This document shows positions 28,601 to 33,406 of a stretch of DNA of 33,406 nt, one piece after another. How positions within the stretch are numbered: the first letter of the stretch is position 1; every line of letters starts with the position of its first letter. The notes under the pieces are model-generated. The model saw only the letters and a program-made list of their open reading frames with translations, was not told where the DNA came from and searched no databases. Source of the stretch: Pyrinomonadaceae bacterium. GTDB lineage: Bacteria; Acidobacteriota; Blastocatellia; Pyrinomonadales; Pyrinomonadaceae. A program made the translations under genes and the position numbers. The stretch is from NCBI GenBank assembly GCA_014379075.1, contig JACMMN010000138.1, positions 1 to 33,406 of the forward strand. Reading direction: 5' to 3'.

Positions 28601-29362
28601 TTATTTATTTGCTTTACCAGAACGCTGGATCTCCCATAGGATGAGATGCTTCAGGAAAGCATGGTGGGCGGCGAAATATGCAATGCAGAAGCCCGGAAAG
28701 CCATCTAGAAAACCGGCCTTTAGTATGTAAGTCTGGACGAAGGCGAGCCAGCCTGAAACTATGATCTTGCCGATCGATGTCCTTCTGCCGTTAGCATACA
28801 TTTGCCGAGCCGCAAGCGGGGCATATCGTTCGCCTATCATGCGGTGATGGTGGACGGCATTTTCGACGCTCCGATGAATGATATCGCCGTTTAATCTGCT
28901 GATTCGCGAGCCGTCCGACATCTGAACGGATTCGTGTATGAGGACGTCCTTCCACCTTCCTTTTCGTCGGTCGAACAGCCGCAATTGCCAGTCGGGATAC
29001 CAGCCGCCGTGGCGGATCGGGCGATCCATATATATGGAAAGCCTCGGGATCTTATATCCATCCGCTGGATCGTCATCCAAAGCGAGGATTTCGGCCCGGA
29101 GTTCCTGGGAAACGATCTCGTCCGCATCCAGGCTCAGGACCCAATCATTTTCGACTTGTTCGACGGCAAATTGCTTTTGGTCGGAAAACCCGAGCCATTC
29201 TTGTATCAGCACCTTTGCACCCAAGCTTTCCGCTATTTCCCGGGTGCGGTCCGTGCTTTCGGAATCGACGACGATTATCTCGTCCGCCCAGGCAACGGAT
29301 TCGATCGCAGAGCCGATCTTATCCTCTTCATTTTTTGCAATTATTATTGCGGAAATTTTCAT
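28601..29362 (-). CDS. Family 2 glycosyltransferase
   Basis: 253 aa. MKISAIIIAKNEEDKIGSAIESV..ADEIIVVDSESTDRTREIA, followed by LSLDADE (DXD-type), is typical of small GT2 enzymes acting on LPS core or envelope glycans. Confidence 0.88.
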   Translation of the reverse strand: MKISAIIIAKNEEDKIGSAIESVAWADEIIVVDSESTDRTREIAESLGAKVLIQEWLGFSDQKQFAVEQVENDWVLSLDADEIVSQELRAEILALDDDPADGYKIPRLSIYMDRPIRHGGWYPDWQLRLFDRRKGRWKDVLIHESVQMSDGSRISRLNGDIIHRSVENAVHHHRMIGERYAPLAARQMYANGRRTSIGKIIVSGWLAFVQTYILKAGFLDGFPGFCIAYFAAHHAFLKHLILWEIQRSGKANK

Positions 29363-29502
29363 CAGATAATTCTCGCAGGTTTGAAGGAAAACATGAAATG
29401 TCGGACTAGCGACATTGAAAGCTTTACTTCAACTATTGCCCGGAAATATCTGACAGAAATGGAGATGACGGCTTGATTGACGGAGATACAGAGGATCTAG
29501 CC

Positions 29503-29550
29503 GGAAAGCAAACCGCAGCAAATTGTCGAAGATCGACACTTTTGCAGCGG
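29503..29550 (-). terminator. Candidate intrinsic terminator downstream of the TolC-family gene
   Basis: On the minus strand, ccgctgcaaa pairs with tttgctgcgg (10 bp, one mismatch). This stem encloses an inner gtcga/tcgac stem and is followed by tttgctttcc. A smaller hairpin, ttcgacc/ggtcgaa (29576-29596), lies just after the stop. Confidence 0.4.
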
Positions 29551-29601
29551 CTAAAATGGTTTGATTGGTTGAGGTTCGACCCATGATTGGTCGAAAGTGT
29601 T

Positions 29602-31404
29602 TTATTTGTCGTCCGTCGGCGATTCGACATCGATGTTGTTCAACTGAAAAGTTGTAGATGTCGCGCGCTGGAGATCGGCGATGGCCTTGTTGTAATCCGT
29701 TTCGGCCCTGATCTCGGCGTTGCGGGCATTCGTTAGAGCGTTTTCCCGCTGGAACAGCAGAAATGTGGTCGATTTACCGGATTCGAACAGCTTTCTTTCG
29801 CCGTCAAGCTGGATCTCTGCATTTTCCCTCGCACGCCGCGATGTCAGGACACGCTGGCGGGCAGTTTCGACGCCTTGGACCGCATTTCGGACCTCAACGA
29901 TGACGACCTGTTCCTGTGCCCGCGTTTGTGTGGCTATCTGATTCTGCGTGACCTGCGCACCGGCGAGATTAGCCTTCGCTGTCCTGTTTCTTAAAGGGAA
30001 CGAGAATGTCACACCGACCGAATAATTGGGAGCGTCGCTGCGGAAAATATTTGCCAGCGAGCGGTTGAATCCGCCAAAGAGAAAACTCGGTTGAGCGGGA
30101 ATTATAATGGTGTCATTTAGAATGGGAGGCAGGCCAACGGCCGGACGGGCCCTTATCTCATTGATGGCATCGAAAAACCGCAAATCTCCTACGGAATTGT
30201 ACAGGTTCGTCTGAAACGCAGAGTTCGTGCCGCCTCTTGCAAGCCCGTCGAGCGAAAACGTCGTAACGAGATCGATCTGCGGTTTCGTCTGATTCTTGAA
30301 ATACGATATATCGACCGCGTTGATGTCGCTCGCGAGTTTCAGGCGGCGAAGTTCATAACGGTTATCCATTGCGTCCTTGACGGCTGCGTCAAGGTTTACA
30401 GGATCCAAAGTGAATGCCGGCTTGTCAGTCGGGACATAGCTTTGCGACCACTCGGCTGAGATCGCATCCCTGAGAAGCAGTTGTTTGAGATTGTTTTCGG
30501 TGATCGAAACCTGTTGGGTCGAGAGAAGCAGTGAGCTTTCGCGATTGGCCAGCTCTGTCGCTACTTCCGCCCGTGCAAGCGGGGCTGAGGCTCCAGCCTT
30601 GATCCGGGCTTCGATCTGTCTCAGGTTCTCCTGAGCGAGATTTACGTTCGCCACTTGATTCTGCTGGTCGCGAAGCGCGAATACGAGGTCCCAGTACGTC
30701 CGCTGTACTTGGGCGATGGTATCGATGGTTTGACGGCGAAAATCAGCGTCCGTTTGTTCGAGCCTGCGCCGGGCGATCTTTATGTTGCGGCGCGTATTAT
30801 CAATGCCGAAATTTCTGAACAGTGGCTGTGTGTACTGGATCCCGGCGCGTGAGGAATAAATGGCGGCCGTACCGGCACTGATCAGCGAACCTGAACTCAC
30901 CTGAGCCTGGGAAAAAGCATTTTCAGTTCGTGTATTGTTGAAAAATACCTGATAATCGCCGCCGCCGGCCTTCAGAAAATGCGTCATGTTCGAGTTTACG
31001 ATGAAATCATTCGTCGCAGCCGAACCGGTCGTTGAATTTCTGGTAAAAGTAGGCGAAACGGAGAAAACCGGATCGTAAAAGCCGAGCAGCGAACGTATCG
31101 AAGTTTCCTGAAAACGGACGTCGTCGCGGGTGATCTCGATACTATTGTTATTCTCGAGGGCCTTGCGGATCGCGTCGTTTACGGTAAGCGGTATCATATT
31201 GCCGACCTGCACGCCCACGCGCGAAAGATCCGGACGGGCCGATACTGCGGCCGGATTTTCTTCTTTCGACGGCTCGTTCGCAACTGCCGCCGGCGAATCG
31301 GGAATATTCTTTGCGACCTGCAGCTCCTGGCCTCCGGCATTACCGGCCAAACCGAGCGCGAATAAAGTAAGAACTAGCAGGAAACTGTAACGGCGAATTT
31401 TCAT
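29602..31404 (-). CDS. TolC-family outer membrane efflux protein
   Basis: The ORF is open to TTG 31440. ATG 31404 gives MKIRRYSFLLVLTLFALGLAGNAGG, a signal peptide, with GGAG about 10 nt upstream. The body has the two-repeat TolC/OEP pattern (LTVNDAIRKALENNNSIE ...; repeated YWDL, LxxAxxxL and coiled segments). Confidence 0.88.
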   Translation of the reverse strand: MKIRRYSFLLVLTLFALGLAGNAGGQELQVAKNIPDSPAAVANEPSKEENPAAVSARPDLSRVGVQVGNMIPLTVNDAIRKALENNNSIEITRDDVRFQETSIRSLLGFYDPVFSVSPTFTRNSTTGSAATNDFIVNSNMTHFLKAGGGDYQVFFNNTRTENAFSQAQVSSGSLISAGTAAIYSSRAGIQYTQPLFRNFGIDNTRRNIKIARRRLEQTDADFRRQTIDTIAQVQRTYWDLVFALRDQQNQVANVNLAQENLRQIEARIKAGASAPLARAEVATELANRESSLLLSTQQVSITENNLKQLLLRDAISAEWSQSYVPTDKPAFTLDPVNLDAAVKDAMDNRYELRRLKLASDINAVDISYFKNQTKPQIDLVTTFSLDGLARGGTNSAFQTNLYNSVGDLRFFDAINEIRARPAVGLPPILNDTIIIPAQPSFLFGGFNRSLANIFRSDAPNYSVGVTFSFPLRNRTAKANLAGAQVTQNQIATQTRAQEQVVIVEVRNAVQGVETARQRVLTSRRARENAEIQLDGERKLFESGKSTTFLLFQRENALTNARNAEIRAETDYNKAIADLQRATSTTFQLNNIDVESPTDDK

Positions 31405-31560
31405 TTTAGGATTGCTCCGGGCTTTTTTGTTTACGCTCAAAACTCAAACCGTTACTACGACTATGAATTTGGGATAGTTTCAACAAATTAGGCACATATC
31501 CATTTTCATTGATGTTTTTCCCGCGTTAATTCGCAGCTGAAGATTGACTCCGGCAATCGC

Positions 31561-31719
31561 GGCTTCGCCGCTCTATTTTGCGGAAAAGCTGTGCCTTTCC
31601 GACTTGAGTCCACCATTGCCGGCGGCTATGCCGCCTTCTTCGTCCCGGCGGCATAGCCGCGGAGCTTATTGGATCGCTTCTGAAAAGCATAGCTTTTCCG
31701 CAAATAGATGGGCAGAGCC
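31561..31719. repeat. Long imperfect palindrome or structured element in the tolC-gap divergent intergenic region (candidate ncRNA, 5' leader or foldback/MITE-like element)
   Basis: The basal stem pairs ctattttgcggaaaagct (31573-31590) with agcttttccgcaaatag (31691-31707), extended by ggcttcgcc (31561-31569) with ggcagagcc (31711-31719). A 28 x 28 nt partially paired middle section follows. The apical 14-bp perfect stem pairs gcggctatgccgcc (31622-31635) with ggcggcatagccgc (31647-31660). Confidence 0.5.
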
Positions 31720-31809
31720 CACAGACCATGAAGCTTTGAAGATTGTCTGGTTTTCGGTTATCTTTAAGGTTTTAACATACACACTTTTTCAGGAGGATAA
31801 TCATAAAAA

Positions 31810-32817
31810 ATGGGTATCAAAGTAGGGATCAATGGATTCGGACGCATCGGGCGCAATGTTTTGCGGACGTGTCTGGGCAGCTCGGACATAGATTTTGTCG
31901 CGGTCAACGATCTGACGGACACAAAAACGCTCGCGCATCTTTTAAAATACGATTCGGTGATGGGAAATCTCGAACAGGAGATTTCCGCCGAAGGCGATTT
32001 TATCAGTGTTAATGGCGATAAATTCCGCGTGTTTTCGCAGAGGGATCCGGCCGCCATCGACTGGAATTCGGTCGGAGCCGAGATCGTGATCGAATCGACG
32101 GGTATCTTTACCAAGGCCGAAGACGCGTCGAAACATCTCGGAGGAAGCGTCAAGAAGGTGATCATTTCCGCTCCGGCGAAGGGCGAAGACGTGACCATCG
32201 TTCTAGGCGTCAACGAAGATATGTACGACGCGGCGAACCATCATATAATTTCGAACGCGTCCTGCACCACCAATTGTCTCGCCCCTGTCGCCAAGGTCAT
32301 TCATGAAAAATTCGGCATTAAGAATGCTTTAATGAATACGATCCACAGCTACACGAACGACCAGAACCTACTCGATCTTCCGCACAAAGACCTCCGCCGC
32401 GCCCGTGCCGCCGCAATGTCTATGATCCCGACCTCGACCGGAGCGGCAAAAGCAGTCGCGCTTGTTATTCCCGAATTGAAAGGGAAGTTTGACGGAATTT
32501 CGGTTCGAGTTCCGACGCCGAATGTCTCGCTCGTCGATGTCGTGATGAATGTTGAAAAGGAAACGTCGACCGAGGAAGTCAACCAAGTCCTGAAAGATGC
32601 CGCAAATGAAGAGATGAAGGGAATTCTCGCGTTTTCCGAAGAGCCGCTGGTATCAATAGATTTCCGCGGAAATTCAAATTCGTCCATCGTCGATGCCGAA
32701 AACACAAAGGTCATCGGCGGAACGTGCATAAAGGTTTTATCGTGGTACGACAACGAATGGGGCTATTCATGCCGCGTGCGCGATCTGGTCAAATTCATCG
32801 CGGCAAAAGGTTTGTAG
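31810..32817 (+). CDS. gap: Type I glyceraldehyde-3-phosphate dehydrogenase
   Basis: 335 aa with [13 protein letters not shown] and [12 protein letters not shown] (catalytic Cys), ending WYDNEWGYS. The SD aggagg is at 31791-31796. Confidence 0.97.
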   Translation: MGIKVGINGFGRIGRNVLRTCLGSSDIDFVAVNDLTDTKTLAHLLKYDSVMGNLEQEISAEGDFISVNGDKFRVFSQRDPAAIDWNSVGAEIVIESTGIFTKAEDASKHLGGSVKKVIISAPAKGEDVTIVLGVNEDMYDAANHHIISNASCTTNCLAPVAKVIHEKFGIKNALMNTIHSYTNDQNLLDLPHKDLRRARAAAMSMIPTSTGAAKAVALVIPELKGKFDGISVRVPTPNVSLVDVVMNVEKETSTEEVNQVLKDAANEEMKGILAFSEEPLVSIDFRGNSNSSIVDAENTKVIGGTCIKVLSWYDNEWGYSCRVRDLVKFIAAKGL

Positions 32818-32971
32818 GAACGCAGGCACCTTGCCTGCCCGCAAATGGAACGCGGACACCTCTGTCTGCCCGCGGAGTCCGCGTACGCGTTACGTTGCCG
32901 CAAAGTCCTTGTTCGCCAGCGGCTCGTTCACATTGAAGCAACGCTCATTGCAGGCAGGCTGCCTGCGTTCC
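32817..32971 (+). repeat. REP-like hairpin repeats filling the gap-pgk spacer
   Basis: There are three copies of one hairpin unit. Copy 1 is ggaacgcaggcaccttgcctgcccgc (32817-32842). Copy 2 is ggaacgcggacacctctgtctgcccgc (32847-32873). An inverted copy is gcaggcaggctgcctgcgttcc (32950-32971). An 8-bp stem acgcggac/gtccgcgt and the palindrome cgcgtacgcg are also present. Confidence 0.6.
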
Positions 32972-32974
32972 AGT

Positions 32975-33406
32975 ATGAATAAGAAAACGATAAAAGACAT
33001 CGACATCAAAGGTAAACGCGTGTTCATTCGCGTCGATTTCAACGTGCCGATCAAGAATGGCGTGATCGAAGACGATACGCGGATACGCGGCGCTTTGCCT
33101 ACGATCGAATATGCGATCGGGCAGGGAGCAAAGGTCATTCTCGCAACGCATCTCGGACGGCCTCTGAAGGATAAAAAGAAGGCTGAAGAAAAGGGAATGC
33201 CTTACGATGCAGAAAAATATTCACTATATCCTGTTCACGAATATCTTGCTCAAACTGATTCCATACCGTCTATTGAATTTGCTAATGATTGCATTGGCGA
33301 TGAAGCGTGGATGAATGTCGGCGCTTTGGAGAATGGTGAAGCAGTGTTGTTAGAGAATCTTCGCCTTCACGCGGAAGAAGAAAAGAATGACGAAGGTTTT
33401 GCAAAA
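32975..33406 (+). CDS. pgk: Phosphoglycerate kinase, N-terminal 144 codons (continues beyond the window)
   Basis: Not in the ORF track because it runs off the 3' edge. ATG 32975 gives MNKKTIKDIDIKGKRVFIRVDFNVPIKNGVIEDDTRIRGALPTIEYAIGQGAKVILATHLGRP...LLENLRLHAEEEKND, the classic Pgk N-terminus. Confidence 0.95.
   Translation, partial: MNKKTIKDIDIKGKRVFIRVDFNVPIKNGVIEDDTRIRGALPTIEYAIGQGAKVILATHLGRPLKDKKKAEEKGMPYDAEKYSLYPVHEYLAQTDSIPSIEFANDCIGDEAWMNVGALENGEAVLLENLRLHAEEEKNDEGFAK

Noticed and set aside
29571-29600. A GGTTCGA-containing hairpin (gaggttcgacccatgattggtcgaa) reminiscent of a tRNA T-arm
   Set aside because: No acceptor, D or anticodon arm can be built from the flanks. It is better explained as a simple hairpin just downstream of the tolC-family stop codon.
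31526-31825. A 93-aa plus-strand ORF and a 67-aa minus-strand ORF in the tolC-gap intergenic region
   Set aside because: Both run through the long palindrome and so mirror each other. The plus-strand one reads out of frame into the gap start, and neither has an SD or a family resemblance.
32724-33151. ORFs 32724-32936 (+), 32890-33138 (-) and 32945-33151 (-)
   Set aside because: They overlap the 3' end of gap, the structured spacer or the clearly coding pgk frame, and their sequences are Arg/Pro-rich and low in complexity.
1-33406. A search for CRISPR repeats, tRNA/rRNA genes, transposase/integrase genes, toxin-antitoxin pairs or defence-island signatures
   Set aside because: I saw no regularly spaced direct repeats, no recombinase-like ORFs and no abrupt compositional island. 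Apart from the 26.3-31.4 kb envelope block, the gene content is core housekeeping.

Overview
The window looks like a chromosomal, mostly housekeeping segment, probably from an Acidobacteriota-like Gram-negative. The lineage guess rests on an Acidobacteria-type secreted VWA protein, a kinase-TPR architecture and sparse Shine-Dalgarno usage. I saw no CRISPR array, tRNA, rRNA, transposase, integrase or recognisable defence or toxin system. Two real genes are missing from the ORF track because they run off the window edges: a roughly 1400-codon Ser/Thr kinase on the minus strand (1-4191) and the 5' part of pgk (32975-33406). A co-directional plus-strand block (4374-26310) carries a Cache/HAMP/HD-GYP sensor, a GYF/B-box membrane protein, ftsY, ribD, rsmA, RNase J, an ACT protein, an SDR, uppP and recJ. 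It continues with an 882-aa LptC/LptA-like protein, lptB, rpoN, hpf, rapZ, a mannose-type EIIA, HPr, arginase and ddl. A minus-strand envelope block (26357-31404) holds a TolC-family protein, a GT2 glycosyltransferase, two secreted hypotheticals and a VWA protein, followed by gap and pgk on the plus strand. The most interesting items are: (i) one membrane-anchored 882-aa protein with many OstA/LptA-type repeats where separate lptC and lptA normally sit; (ii) a roughly 160-nt equal-armed imperfect hairpin with mutually exclusive pairings upstream of gap; (iii) a gap-pgk spacer built from three copies of a small hairpin, with a compensatory base-pair change and a long-range duplex linking the gap stop to the pgk start; (iv) the HD-GYP plus GYF/B-box membrane gene pair; (v) a kinase carrying its sensor module twice, once on each side of its only TM helix. 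None of these is demonstrably a new system from sequence alone, and all product calls rest on motifs read by eye.
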